Positions 10,819 to 20,950 of a stretch of 60,295 nt of DNA are shown here, piece after piece. The stretch's first letter is position 1; every line of letters starts with the position of its first letter. Source of the DNA: a virus (lineage: Duplodnaviria > Caudoviricetes); the IMG/VR virus record IMGVR_UViG_3300021961_000002, positions 1-60,295 of that record; one strand, written 5' to 3'. The notes under the pieces are model-generated. The model saw only the letters and a list, made by a program, of their open reading frames with translations, made no database searches and was not told the origin of the DNA. Both the position numbers and the translations under genes were made by a program.

Positions 10819-13800
10819 GAAGAGCGCAGCTCTTTGACGGAACCATTCTTGAGTTCCCTGATGATACCCCCGACGCTGTAATAAACAGAGTCGCTAAAGA
10901 ACAAACTTTAGCGAGGCAACAAACTCAGCAACTGGCTGAACAAGACCCGGAACGGAGTATGTTTGATGTTCCACTAGCGGCAGCTAGAGGTGCGACTTCA
11001 GGCGCTAAGTTTCTTACAGACGTGTTCGGTGCTGAGAATGTGGTATCCCAAGGTCTGGGCAACATTGATGAATGGCTAGCTAGTTTGCAGTCGGCTGGGG
11101 TGCGTCAAGACGAAGCCGAAATTGCTCGTATAATGCAAGCCGCAGAAGATCAAGGTATTGGTGCGCAGCTACGAGCTGCATGGGAAGCACTTACAGTAGC
11201 TCCTGTCACTACGGTAGCCCAGGTTTTAGGTACAGCGCTACCGACAATAGCAGGTGGATACGTTGGCGGAGCCGCTAAATTAGGTGCTGCCGGTGTGCGG
11301 GCTATACAAACGGGTATCGGTGCTGGGATGGGTGCTGGTATCATAAAAAGTGATATATACGGCACCGTTAGACAAGAGCTTTTAGATGCTGGCGTTGATG
11401 CAGAAGCGGCGGAGGGAGCAGCTAGAGAAGCCCAATCATATACAGGTGGTAATTTAGATTTAATAGCCGGTGGGGCTTTTCTTGGCGGTATCGCCGGTCG
11501 GTTTGGTATAGAGCCTGCACTAGCTCGTACCGTAGAGCAAAACGTAGCGCGTAAACTACTGGGGCGTTTTGCGCGGGGGGCTGCAGAAGAAGCGCTGCCT
11601 GAAGCAGCACAAGCGGGGCAGGAACAACTCGCTCAGAATATTGCCCTTCAAAGAGAGGGTTTTGACGTACCAACATGGCGCGGTGTTGCAGGGCAGGCTG
11701 CATTTGAAGGGCTTGCCGGGGCGGGTATTGGTGCAGGTGTAGGGGCTATAAGGCCGGGGCGCGTAGAGGAACCCCCACCGGAGCCGATGCCGGAGCCAGA
11801 GCCGGAACCGACACAAGAGGAAATACGGCGGCTAACATATAGCGGGGACTTAGACCCAAATACGATATATGCTTCGGAGTCAGAGGACAGCGCGAGAGCT
11901 AGAGAGCGCGTAGCAGGGGTTGATGAATACCTTGCTGCTGTAAATGAACCGCCTATTACCCCCGCAGAATTTAGAAACATACCTCCTGATCTGCTTGCAG
12001 CGGACGGTACTGCCGATGGCGTTGCTGCGTTTGTCCTGACACGTAGGAAGAGCGGGGCGAGAGCATCAGACGTAGGAGCACCAGACGTAACAGCACCGAG
12101 CCCTTCCCCGGAGGAGGCTCTTTACGAAGGTCTTACGGGGAATGCACCGCCAGTAGGCCGCCCGCGTCCGCCACCTAAGAAAGCACCTGCTGCTTGGACG
12201 GAAGAAGATGAAACCGCTCTTAGAGAGGCCAGAACTCTAAGAGATACAAACATAGAGGCCCAAGGTAGAGCTGAGTCTGAGGAAGCGTACCAAAACCGCT
12301 TTATGGCTCAAGAAGAAGCCCAGCGTAGTGCTAGAGAAACCGTTACAGAGTTAGAAGCTCGTAAGGAAGCCGCAGCAGCCGCAGCCGCCAGACCATCTAC
12401 GTTAGACTTGCAGCCGTCACAAGCAAGACCAAGAGCGCGTGTGCGCGGGCAAACTATAGAGCAAGAGTTTTCTACGTATATTAAAGCGCTGGGCGGCATA
12501 CGTATAACTAGGGACCCTTCAGGTCGCCTTACTCCAGAAGGCCAAGAACTGCAGGCTCTTAAAGATAAGACCAAGAAACAGGGTGTGCTACGACCGAAGT
12601 CAGATAAGGGTATGTCTCCCGAGGATGCTCTCCGCCGACTGAAGGATGATAGGTGGTTATCGGAAGACGCCGACCTCGATGACATGTATGACCTTATAGA
12701 TAGGTCCCTCAATGTCGAAGAAGGAGTGTACCACCCCGAAAGCTTCAAGGTTGCCGAGGGGGATAGGGGGCGTGGGCTCATACCAGAGGGAGAAGTTGAT
12801 AGGGACTTGGACGAAGTTCTGGCTACGCTGCCAGAAACAGAGCGGGCTGTTACCCCGGCAGAGAGAGCCACACTTCGCACTAAATATGTAGAGCGTGGCT
12901 ACGACGCGGAAAGCGCCGTAGCTGAAATGTTAGAAGCACGGGGGCGGGCGGAAGAAACAGTAGCGGAAAGAAAGCCCACTGCAGAGGCTCCTACACCTGC
13001 GGCCCCTGCAGCTACACCCACACCTGCAGCTACACCCGCACCTGCAGCTACACCCACACCCGCACCTGCAGCTACACCCACACCTGAAGCTCCACCCACA
13101 CTCGACGCTGCTGCAAACGAGCTAGCTGCTGCGCGTAACATAGCAAGCAACCTAGGCATTAAAAACGCCAACAGTATGGATAGGGAGCAACTCAATAACG
13201 CTATAAAAAACGCTAGAAGAAAAATAGATAGTAAAAATGAAGCGGCGCAAAAGTCTCAAGAAACGGATTATAAAGCGGTAGTAAATGCCGGTGGTGCGGG
13301 GCTGGGAAGAGGCACAAGAAAATACCGCAACTCTGCATCGGCGCTTCCGTTCTTCCAAAGTATTTTAGGGGGGATGAAGTCCCCTACGCTAAGGGCAGTT
13401 CTATACTCCCTTACAACAAGCGACATAGTGCGGTGGTTTAGAGGCAAACTACGAGACATAACGGTAGTTGATACGTTTATGAAGCGTATGGACAGCACTC
13501 GTAATAGGCTACTTAAAGAAATCGCAGCCGTGAGTCCGGACTGGGCTTCGTTGATTAGAACAGCTAAGAAGGATGCAGACGCTTTAACAGACCTTCTATA
13601 CGACGCCACCATAAATAATATCGACCCTGAAGTTCGTGTGGTAAACCCTACGGCTACCGAACGGCGTGTGTATGCGCAGTACGACAACCTAGCTAAAAAT
13701 GCAAAAGCGCTAGCTATATTCAAAAGTGTTAAGGAGCAAATGAATAGCGCTATCGACAAGCGTATAAAGCATATGCAAGACACTCTTAGAGCAGGTGGGT

Positions 13801-16163
13801 TTGACCAAGCGCAAATAAAGGCGGCTACTGAGTTTCTAGAAATAATTAAAAAAGAACGAACTAGACTAAAGTTCTATTTCCCGCTGATGCGTTTTGGCCG
13901 CTACTGGGTTAGCTACAATAAGGGGAAAGACTTAGAGTTCCGTATGTTTGAGTCGTGGGCTGAGCGCGAAAGGTTTATGAAGTGGCGTACAGCGGAGGCT
14001 AAAGCTAACAACGAAGTCTTAGAAGAAACTGGGCGAGGGGACGACCCCAGCCAGTTGAGAGACTTGTTTGGTACCAATGTAGTCGATCAGAACTCGGCTA
14101 TAGCTAAAGTTATGAAGGTACTAAACGCCTCGGGTAGAAACCCGAATATAGATGAGCTTAAGGCGGATGTATTCCAGCTATACTTACAAACATTACCAGA
14201 CGGTGATCTTAGAAAGCACCTTAAGCCAAGAAAAAATGTGCGGGGTTATAGCACTGACGCGCTTAGGACTTTTGTGTCTCATCAGGTGAGCGTCTCAAAT
14301 AATCTAGCTGCTCTTGAATACAAGTCCAAAGTCAGGGGTCACATACAGGGTATGTACGACCAGATAAGGGAGGAGTATGCCGGGACACCGGATATGGAGA
14401 AACTTCTCATAGTCGCAGGAGAAATGGCGGCTAGGGTAGAAAGAGCTTTCAGTCCTGCCGAGCTAGATGGTGTTGAGCAGTTTTTTGATAAGTTCGCTCG
14501 CTGGGGGAACCAGGCATCATTCTATTACTTCCTAACTTCTGCAAGGACTGCGTTGATACAGTTAACGCAGGTCCCCATTGTGACGGCCCCTTTGCTGGCT
14601 AGAGAGTTTAAGATTTCTACAGCGCAGGCTAACGCTCTGCTGGCTAAACGAGTGTCTGGGAAGCTATACGATCTAGAGACGCACCTGCGTAGAGTGCCTA
14701 AAGAACTTAGAAAGGCTATAGAGGCTGCTTATAAAGAAGGAGACGATACGGGGGCGTTCGATACGGGGTACATATCCGATCTTACATATATGAAGCGAAC
14801 CCCCTCTACGACATCTGAGTCTAGCTCATACGAGCGGTTAGGTAGGGGCGCTCAGTTTGCGCTTAAAGTTCTTCGAAGCGGGTTTCAGTACACCGAAAGC
14901 AGCTCGAGAAAACTCGCGTATATGACTGCCTTTGAACTTGCGTATAAGCGTCTAATAGACAGGGGGGTGGACGCCGATACCGCTCAGGTACAAGCTCAAG
15001 ACACTGCGGAATCTGTAATGCTTGAGTCCTTGTTTGATTATAGGCAGTGGAATAAGCCCAGACTTATGACTGCTACAGGGGCCAAGCTGGGTACGCAATT
15101 CTTGACGTACCCGTTACAGATGTATTCGTTGCTTGCACGTAACTTTTATAACCAACTAAAACGGTCTGGGTTATCTAAAGAAGAACGTAGAGCCGCCCGT
15201 AGTACGCTGGCCGGTGTTTTGCTGACGACTGGGCTGTTCGGTGGTGTAACTGCTTTGCCGCTCTTCAGTGTAGCCCTAGGCGTGCTGGATATGCTAAGCG
15301 CTGCTACTGAGGATGATGACGACCCAAGAGACCCGCTCAACCATCGTAGTTGGGAGCTTTGGTTCCGTAACGAGTGGCTCCCCCAAACCTTCGGTACAGG
15401 TAGCGGCATAGCTAGAACCTTTGGTCTCGGCGAAGATCAGAGTCGGTTGTTGGAACGAGCGGTTTTATATGGGCCTGTGTCGGCCATAACAGGGCTCGAT
15501 ATTTCTTCGTCCGTGTCGCTGGATAACATCTTCTTTGGTCGGTTTGACGCAGGTTCAATGGATAAAGAAGGTCTGGAAAACTTAGTATACGCAAATGCAC
15601 TTGGGCCTTTCGGGGGTATGCTGGCTAATTGGACTACCGCTGCTTCGGACTTTAGCGACGGGGAATACCTGAGAGGATTTGAAAACATACTGCCTTCCGC
15701 CCTTAAACAACCGCTACGCGCCTATAGATACGGAACCGAGGGCAACCTGACCCGTCGGGGGGATACGGTGCGGAGCCGTGAGTTCTACACTGTTGGGCGG
15801 CTAGCAACCCAAGTCCTAGGCTTTACTCCGACAGAAGTAAAAGAGAAGTACGATGTCGATGAGTTGGTATACACCATTATAGAAGAAGCAAATAGCCGTA
15901 AATATGACGCTCTGGACGCAATAAACAAAGCGCTCGAAGATTACGGGCAGGACAGCCCAGAGTTCGACAGAGCTATACAGGAAGCCCGTGCGTATTCACA
16001 GGCCAACCCTAACGACCCTATAACCTACGAGAGTATACAGACTTCTGTTAACGGGCGGATAAGAAACCGTGTTCTGGCAGAGATGGGCGGCGGCAGGTAC
16101 CAAACCCCGCGATGGTTGCCCCGTACAATGGCTGAGACAGACCGCTACAAAGAAAGAAAATAA
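10815..16163 (+). CDS. Large internal virion (polyvalent-type) protein with PLxRFG motif
   Basis: 1782 aa, last gene of the late operon; YFPLMRFGRYWV motif; PAATPT linker repeat. Confidence 0.65.
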   Translation: MRRAQLFDGTILEFPDDTPDAVINRVAKEQTLARQQTQQLAEQDPERSMFDVPLAAARGATSGAKFLTDVFGAENVVSQGLGNIDEWLASLQSAGVRQDEAEIARIMQAAEDQGIGAQLRAAWEALTVAPVTTVAQVLGTALPTIAGGYVGGAAKLGAAGVRAIQTGIGAGMGAGIIKSDIYGTVRQELLDAGVDAEAAEGAAREAQSYTGGNLDLIAGGAFLGGIAGRFGIEPALARTVEQNVARKLLGRFARGAAEEALPEAAQAGQEQLAQNIALQREGFDVPTWRGVAGQAAFEGLAGAGIGAGVGAIRPGRVEEPPPEPMPEPEPEPTQEEIRRLTYSGDLDPNTIYASESEDSARARERVAGVDEYLAAVNEPPITPAEFRNIPPDLLAADGTADGVAAFVLTRRKSGARASDVGAPDVTAPSPSPEEALYEGLTGNAPPVGRPRPPPKKAPAAWTEEDETALREARTLRDTNIEAQGRAESEEAYQNRFMAQEEAQRSARETVTELEARKEAAAAAAARPSTLDLQPSQARPRARVRGQTIEQEFSTYIKALGGIRITRDPSGRLTPEGQELQALKDKTKKQGVLRPKSDKGMSPEDALRRLKDDRWLSEDADLDDMYDLIDRSLNVEEGVYHPESFKVAEGDRGRGLIPEGEVDRDLDEVLATLPETERAVTPAERATLRTKYVERGYDAESAVAEMLEARGRAEETVAERKPTAEAPTPAAPAATPTPAATPAPAATPTPAPAATPTPEAPPTLDAAANELAAARNIASNLGIKNANSMDREQLNNAIKNARRKIDSKNEAAQKSQETDYKAVVNAGGAGLGRGTRKYRNSASALPFFQSILGGMKSPTLRAVLYSLTTSDIVRWFRGKLRDITVVDTFMKRMDSTRNRLLKEIAAVSPDWASLIRTAKKDADALTDLLYDATINNIDPEVRVVNPTATERRVYAQYDNLAKNAKALAIFKSVKEQMNSAIDKRIKHMQDTLRAGGFDQAQIKAATEFLEIIKKERTRLKFYFPLMRFGRYWVSYNKGKDLEFRMFESWAERERFMKWRTAEAKANNEVLEETGRGDDPSQLRDLFGTNVVDQNSAIAKVMKVLNASGRNPNIDELKADVFQLYLQTLPDGDLRKHLKPRKNVRGYSTDALRTFVSHQVSVSNNLAALEYKSKVRGHIQGMYDQIREEYAGTPDMEKLLIVAGEMAARVERAFSPAELDGVEQFFDKFARWGNQASFYYFLTSARTALIQLTQVPIVTAPLLAREFKISTAQANALLAKRVSGKLYDLETHLRRVPKELRKAIEAAYKEGDDTGAFDTGYISDLTYMKRTPSTTSESSSYERLGRGAQFALKVLRSGFQYTESSSRKLAYMTAFELAYKRLIDRGVDADTAQVQAQDTAESVMLESLFDYRQWNKPRLMTATGAKLGTQFLTYPLQMYSLLARNFYNQLKRSGLSKEERRAARSTLAGVLLTTGLFGGVTALPLFSVALGVLDMLSAATEDDDDPRDPLNHRSWELWFRNEWLPQTFGTGSGIARTFGLGEDQSRLLERAVLYGPVSAITGLDISSSVSLDNIFFGRFDAGSMDKEGLENLVYANALGPFGGMLANWTTAASDFSDGEYLRGFENILPSALKQPLRAYRYGTEGNLTRRGDTVRSREFYTVGRLATQVLGFTPTEVKEKYDVDELVYTIIEEANSRKYDALDAINKALEDYGQDSPEFDRAIQEARAYSQANPNDPITYESIQTSVNGRIRNRVLAEMGGGRYQTPRWLPRTMAETDRYKERK

Positions 16164-16187
16164 GCCCCCCCACCGGGGTGGGGGGCC
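16164..16187. terminator. GC-rich hairpin between convergent late and early blocks
   Basis: GCCCCCCCAC-CGGG-GTGGGGGGC directly after the stop of 10815..16163. Confidence 0.6.
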
Positions 16188-16191
16188 ACAG

Positions 16192-16386
16192 TTATATACG
16201 CCAAGCTCGTATACCTTTAACGCCGTGCTCTATGACTGCCTTTACAAACATAGTGAGTCCTCTTTCACTTGCTTCCTTGGACACCCGTTGTGTAGCGGAG
16301 TCTTGATCTAAGCAAGGTATGAAAAAAGATTCTCCTAGCTTTAGAGCACGCCACTTCAGGCGGTACTTAATTCCCTCCACCAGCAT
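16192..16386 (-). CDS. Small hypothetical protein
   Basis: 64 aa (W..L..GESFFIPC) overlapping the primase stop; last gene of the - strand block. Confidence 0.55.
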   Translation of the reverse strand: MLVEGIKYRLKWRALKLGESFFIPCLDQDSATQRVSKEASERGLTMFVKAVIEHGVKGIRAWRI

Positions 16387-19324
16387 CTGCTACTTTCTCA
16401 TCCGCTAGCGTTTCTGGGTCTGGGCGGACACCATCAAAATACGAAGACTTCATATCCAACACTAAACATTTAGACAGCACAGAGGGGCCGTCCATCCCCT
16501 TGCCCATATGCTTACTGAAGTCCCTCGCTAACAACACTCCCTGCCGCTTAAGCTCTGCAAGAGTATCTTTGTAATTGATCTGTCTAGAGGAGCAGAACCT
16601 TTTGAACTCTCCCGTAGCCACAAACAACTTAAATGTGTCAGGCTCATACCGTAGGAACAACGGGCCTTTAGGTTCGCGAAGCGGCGGGTTGGACATATTG
16701 TGCCTCGCGTTAACCGTACCGTCCACGATCAGGAGGTTCTGAATGTGTCGGTTTATGTAGTCTCCGACTGTTCCAGCGCAAGACATGATGGGGGGAGTAA
16801 CTTCATCTCTCAGTTCTGATACCTGAGACTTCAGCCACTTCATAATAGGAGCGAAATCCCAGTCAATAAGCTCCAACTTTTTAGCAATAAGCCCACCGAC
16901 GAGGTTACAAGCGAAGACATCGGACCAAAACCGTTCACGGGGCGTTAACTCAAGGTGCTTGTCTATGTACGCCTGAGTCCGTTTTAGTTCTTCTTTTATG
17001 CTCTCCACGTTGTCTACTAAGTACTGGATGTACACCGGCCCAGCCAGACCGTAATTCTCCATGAGCTGATGGTCAAACATTTCCTTACCGAGGTCGCGGT
17101 CTATGGCGGTGTTCATCTCGATCTTAGCTTCGATTATCCGCATCTTCTCGCCGTCCGGATCGCTTTTTGCCGTAGACAGCTTTTCATAGAAGGAGGCGTT
17201 TGAACTGCACAGGGTTATGGATTGCCACCTCGTGTTGTTATCACGCAGCTTGTTAGCCCCGTTAGTCATCCGGTCTTTACCAACCCCCTGGGAGGCTGCG
17301 TAGGCAAGCGAAGAAAATTCTTCCGCCGACATATTCGTAATTTCATCCAGTGCATTATGCAGGTGGTTGTTTACACCAAACTTAAAAATAGTAGCGTTGA
17401 GTGTGTCGTCTTTAGAACTACACAAGTCTTTCGGTGCGCCATACACGCTATTAGCCATGTGCAGAATGGTGGTCTTGCCCGTACCTGACCGGGGATGGAT
17501 TAAGTTGATGAGCGCCCCGCTGTGCCCCGTAAACTTAAATAGTGGGGAGCCAAAAGCTGTAAGCATCCCAAACGCCGCCGCTTCCATACCGGAGCGGCCA
17601 TAAAGCTTTGCTACTTCTTTCCACTTGTCCAAAGAGCCCTTCTCGTGGATAAAAGCCGCCCTGGCTTCTGTGGAGGAAGACGGTGGGCTATGGAACACCC
17701 CGTCTTTTGTATATTCCTTATCACCCAGTACAAACTTAGTGTCACTATCCATCCATCCAAATTGCAGTCTCATTTTTTCGGCCTCCTGTTGCCATTGTAG
17801 TGCGCTCAATGACGCAGATAAGTATCTAAATAATCGCTCAAACTCTTTCTTCATCCCGCAAACTACTCCCTGTTCAGCTAGTGAAGTCCGGAGTTTATCT
17901 ATGTTCGCTAAACTAGAGTTGGGCAGTATGAAAGTTCGAACACCGTCTTTTGGTAAATGCAGTCGCATAACAACTACTTCTTTATCCACGGGGTCAAACA
18001 TCCGTTTCACTATGTATAGGTCGTGTGCGTAGACCTCGACTACATCGCCGTCTTCGGTCTCCATGTATATGCCGCCACCCGCACCTCTAACGTACCCTGT
18101 CGGCATCTTAGGGATGAAGTTCTTAGCCACCCAATCTACTGGTATGTCTACAGAGTCTTTCTTAACTTCTTCCGGCTCGTCGTCCGGTTCGTCGCAACGA
18201 AGTATTTTGTGCTGGTCTGGGTCCGCAGCTATTACCCGTTTAGCGAGAGCAATAGGGGAGCCAACTTTATTTTTATAGGGGCACCCTTTGCATCCCCCCG
18301 GATTGTCTGCCTCGAACGTAGCGCAGCGATGCGGCTCCTTAGTGGACGCAGCAATTTTTTCGGTCTCTACTGGATTATAGTCTTTATAACCCTTTGACAG
18401 CGTGTGGATCGCAGTGTCTCTGTCTTCACACTGGGTTGCTATGGATAGGGCGTGCCACCACTGGTTATAAGTTAGTGACTCCCTATTTAGGAACGCCTCC
18501 TTTATTTGCCTACAGCCTGCGTCCTTCAAGCTGCGCTGCATGAGCCCTTTGAAGCTATGGGCTATGGACTCTTGCTGCTTCTTAAACAGGGGGCTTTCAA
18601 CCCTCCTACGAGCGTGCTTATCCTCCTTAGCTTCCTGCTTCTTTATTTTTTTCTGCTTAACCTCTACAGCAACGTCTAAATCTATGCCTAATAAGTCTGC
18701 AAGTTCCTGCGCCGTAATAGGATTTACTTCTTCCTTTAGTACGGTAACCGGAAGCGGGGTCTCCCCTTTATAGTTTAGACTGTTCGGAACACGAAGTATT
18801 CGCGCGGTTTCAAAAACCGCTCTATCGACGTAGAACTGCTGCACCCTGCAGATTTCTGCCAGTTTGTCGGCAATAGTTTCCCATAAAGTTGGCCCTATTG
18901 CTTCTTCTAATATCCAGTAGGCGTGTATGCCGCGCCCAGAGTTAACTATGACTGGTACGGGGAGCCCAACTAATTCACAGAACTCTTCCAGAGCTTCTAG
19001 GGCGGCATCTTGGGTTAAGTAGCCTTGAGGTACACCAGTCTTTGGGTCGGGCGTGCCTTTGTCAGGGCCGCAGTCTACGTCTACCCAGAAGGATTTTAAC
19101 GCTGCTACGTTATCTTTACGTCTATTTTCACCAGACTTGTACTTAGCAACGCCAAAGAACACGTTACGCTTTTGCGCTACAAATCTAGCTATAACCTCGG
19201 CGGCTTCCTCGCGGGTCTGTACTAACTTCTGACTAGTGCTCTGCGTCCCATCACCACTAATACCCACAATGGCAAACCAGCCTTCTTCGGGCTGTACTGC
19301 CTGTAGTAGATCAAATGAGGACAT
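16367..19324 (-). CDS. Primase-helicase (AEP/RepB-like primase + DUF927-type helicase region)
   Basis: FWVDVDC, NSGRGIHAYW and RILRVP primase motifs; Cys cluster C..F..NP..C.GC; Walker A SGTGKTT; LDEITN Walker B. Confidence 0.85.
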   Translation of the reverse strand: MSSFDLLQAVQPEEGWFAIVGISGDGTQSTSQKLVQTREEAAEVIARFVAQKRNVFFGVAKYKSGENRRKDNVAALKSFWVDVDCGPDKGTPDPKTGVPQGYLTQDAALEALEEFCELVGLPVPVIVNSGRGIHAYWILEEAIGPTLWETIADKLAEICRVQQFYVDRAVFETARILRVPNSLNYKGETPLPVTVLKEEVNPITAQELADLLGIDLDVAVEVKQKKIKKQEAKEDKHARRRVESPLFKKQQESIAHSFKGLMQRSLKDAGCRQIKEAFLNRESLTYNQWWHALSIATQCEDRDTAIHTLSKGYKDYNPVETEKIAASTKEPHRCATFEADNPGGCKGCPYKNKVGSPIALAKRVIAADPDQHKILRCDEPDDEPEEVKKDSVDIPVDWVAKNFIPKMPTGYVRGAGGGIYMETEDGDVVEVYAHDLYIVKRMFDPVDKEVVVMRLHLPKDGVRTFILPNSSLANIDKLRTSLAEQGVVCGMKKEFERLFRYLSASLSALQWQQEAEKMRLQFGWMDSDTKFVLGDKEYTKDGVFHSPPSSSTEARAAFIHEKGSLDKWKEVAKLYGRSGMEAAAFGMLTAFGSPLFKFTGHSGALINLIHPRSGTGKTTILHMANSVYGAPKDLCSSKDDTLNATIFKFGVNNHLHNALDEITNMSAEEFSSLAYAASQGVGKDRMTNGANKLRDNNTRWQSITLCSSNASFYEKLSTAKSDPDGEKMRIIEAKIEMNTAIDRDLGKEMFDHQLMENYGLAGPVYIQYLVDNVESIKEELKRTQAYIDKHLELTPRERFWSDVFACNLVGGLIAKKLELIDWDFAPIMKWLKSQVSELRDEVTPPIMSCAGTVGDYINRHIQNLLIVDGTVNARHNMSNPPLREPKGPLFLRYEPDTFKLFVATGEFKRFCSSRQINYKDTLAELKRQGVLLARDFSKHMGKGMDGPSVLSKCLVLDMKSSYFDGVRPDPETLADEKVADAGGGN

Positions 19325-19371
19325 GTGTACCCCTGGGGGCGTAAGCCCCCATTTGAGACAAGATAAAAAAC

Positions 19372-19614
19372 TTAACTAGAGAAAGACGCTATGTACTTCT
19401 CTATAGCCGCCTGAAGAGTAGACCGTGGGCTACCTCTACCGGAAAACCAGTTATAGATAGTCTGGCGGGACACCCCAAACTTTTTGGCTACGTCTATTAC
19501 AGGCACGGAGTTCTTGATGCAGACGCGGCCAAGCTTGACGCCTAACCGCTTCCCGTCCGCAACCCTATTCTCTTCGGCTATCGCAAGAGTATATCCAAGC
19601 ATGACTACTCCCAC
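19372..19614 (-). CDS. HTH DNA-binding protein (Cro/XRE-like)
   Basis: VIDVAKKFGVSRQTIYNWFSG helix-turn-helix. Confidence 0.75.
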   Translation of the reverse strand: MGVVMLGYTLAIAEENRVADGKRLGVKLGRVCIKNSVPVIDVAKKFGVSRQTIYNWFSGRGSPRSTLQAAIEKYIASFSS

Positions 19615-20486
19615 TCATTAAGTGCTGATACGATATCCGAGCTAACATCACCTTTGGAGGGTTCAGCCCCCTTCTTAGCCCGCTTCTTAGGAGCCGCAAC
19701 AGCCTCATCGCTGTCCTCTTCCTCCTCGTCAGGGGTACTATCGAAAGCAGCTACAGGCTTTCTAGTGACCTTATCGGTCTGAGCCGCCGTGAGTTTCGTG
19801 TACATGTCGAACTCAGGTTTCTCCCGTGCAGCCTTCACAAGCTCGTACTCTTCGTCGGTGATAATACGCTCTGCTGAGAAAGTAAGCTCCATCGTGCTAG
19901 CTTCGCTGTCAAAGGCAATAGTGGTCACGATGTTATCCAGAGCCTCGTTGTTCGCTGTTACGTACTTAACGTAGCTTTCGAACGGGTGAGCGGTGCCGGT
20001 ACCTTTCCCAAACAAGGACTTAGCAGGGATATTGAACTGGTAGATGTCGCCGCTTTCATCACCAGCCAATAATACGGCAATACGCCGTTGGTACCGGCAC
20101 GCTCTCCCCCCGTTAGCTCCCGAACCTTTGATGTTCTGCTGACACATTGCACAGTTCGAAGATTGCGGATCAGAAGAAGCGTCTTCGGGGGTCTTTCCGT
20201 CGTTAGACCAACAGTTAGGAAGCGTTGCTTCTTTCGTCGGGTCGTACTTATCTTTGTAATAGATACGGGATGGGTTAGTGAGGGCGTTGAGGATAATGAC
20301 CTTGATATCCCCTCGCACTGCGTTGCCGACCTGCTCTCCGTTGATGATCCGCTTGAACGTGCCGTTGATATTCGACTGGATACGGCGGCTCGTAAAAGAG
20401 CCAGACGAGAATACCCCCTTAAGCTTACTCTCGCGCGGCCCAGATACAGTCACACTGTTGTTTGTAAAAATGGTTACTTCGCCCAT
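19605..20486 (-). CDS. Probable ssDNA-binding protein
   Basis: C..C..N.KGSG..GGRACR motif, acidic C-terminal tail ending in W-E, located in the replication module. Confidence 0.6.
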   Translation of the reverse strand: MGEVTIFTNNSVTVSGPRESKLKGVFSSGSFTSRRIQSNINGTFKRIINGEQVGNAVRGDIKVIILNALTNPSRIYYKDKYDPTKEATLPNCWSNDGKTPEDASSDPQSSNCAMCQQNIKGSGANGGRACRYQRRIAVLLAGDESGDIYQFNIPAKSLFGKGTGTAHPFESYVKYVTANNEALDNIVTTIAFDSEASTMELTFSAERIITDEEYELVKAAREKPEFDMYTKLTAAQTDKVTRKPVAAFDSTPDEEEEDSDEAVAAPKKRAKKGAEPSKGDVSSDIVSALNEWE

Positions 20487-20497
20487 GTCTAGTGCTC

Positions 20498-20914
20498 CTA
20501 TCGTGCTGTTGGTTTACGGACTTGAACTACATACTTGCTTTCAACTTGTAGTCCAGCAGGATGTAAGTCTGGATTATCTTCCAGAAAAGTTTTCATGTTA
20601 CCGTTGTGGATACGCTTCTCTAACAGATAAGGCGCATCGTGTTGCATGACGAAATCGTAGATGCTTTGCCAATCGCTCGCCCAAAAACGAGACTGGATAC
20701 GGCGGGACACAGTACCTGAAGCTGTCTTAATGCTGTCAGCATTTTGATCGTTACAAACATTCAGCAACTGATCGCCAATAACATCAAGCTCACGGCGCAG
20801 TACCTCCATCTCGGCCTTGTGCGCGTCTTCCTTCTCGTAGATTATGTTACGTTGTTTGATATATGCCTCTACCAGATCAGGTGTAGAGACAGTTCTGTTG
20901 TCTTCAGTTTCCAC
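20498..20914 (-). CDS. Hypothetical replication-module protein
   Basis: 138 aa coiled-coil followed by SIKT..GTV and DW..Y.F motifs, between helicase and SSB. Confidence 0.55.
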   Translation of the reverse strand: METEDNRTVSTPDLVEAYIKQRNIIYEKEDAHKAEMEVLRRELDVIGDQLLNVCNDQNADSIKTASGTVSRRIQSRFWASDWQSIYDFVMQHDAPYLLEKRIHNGNMKTFLEDNPDLHPAGLQVESKYVVQVRKPTAR

Positions 20915-20950
20915 TGGTTACTCCCTCAATTACGTTTTAGACTTAGTTAA

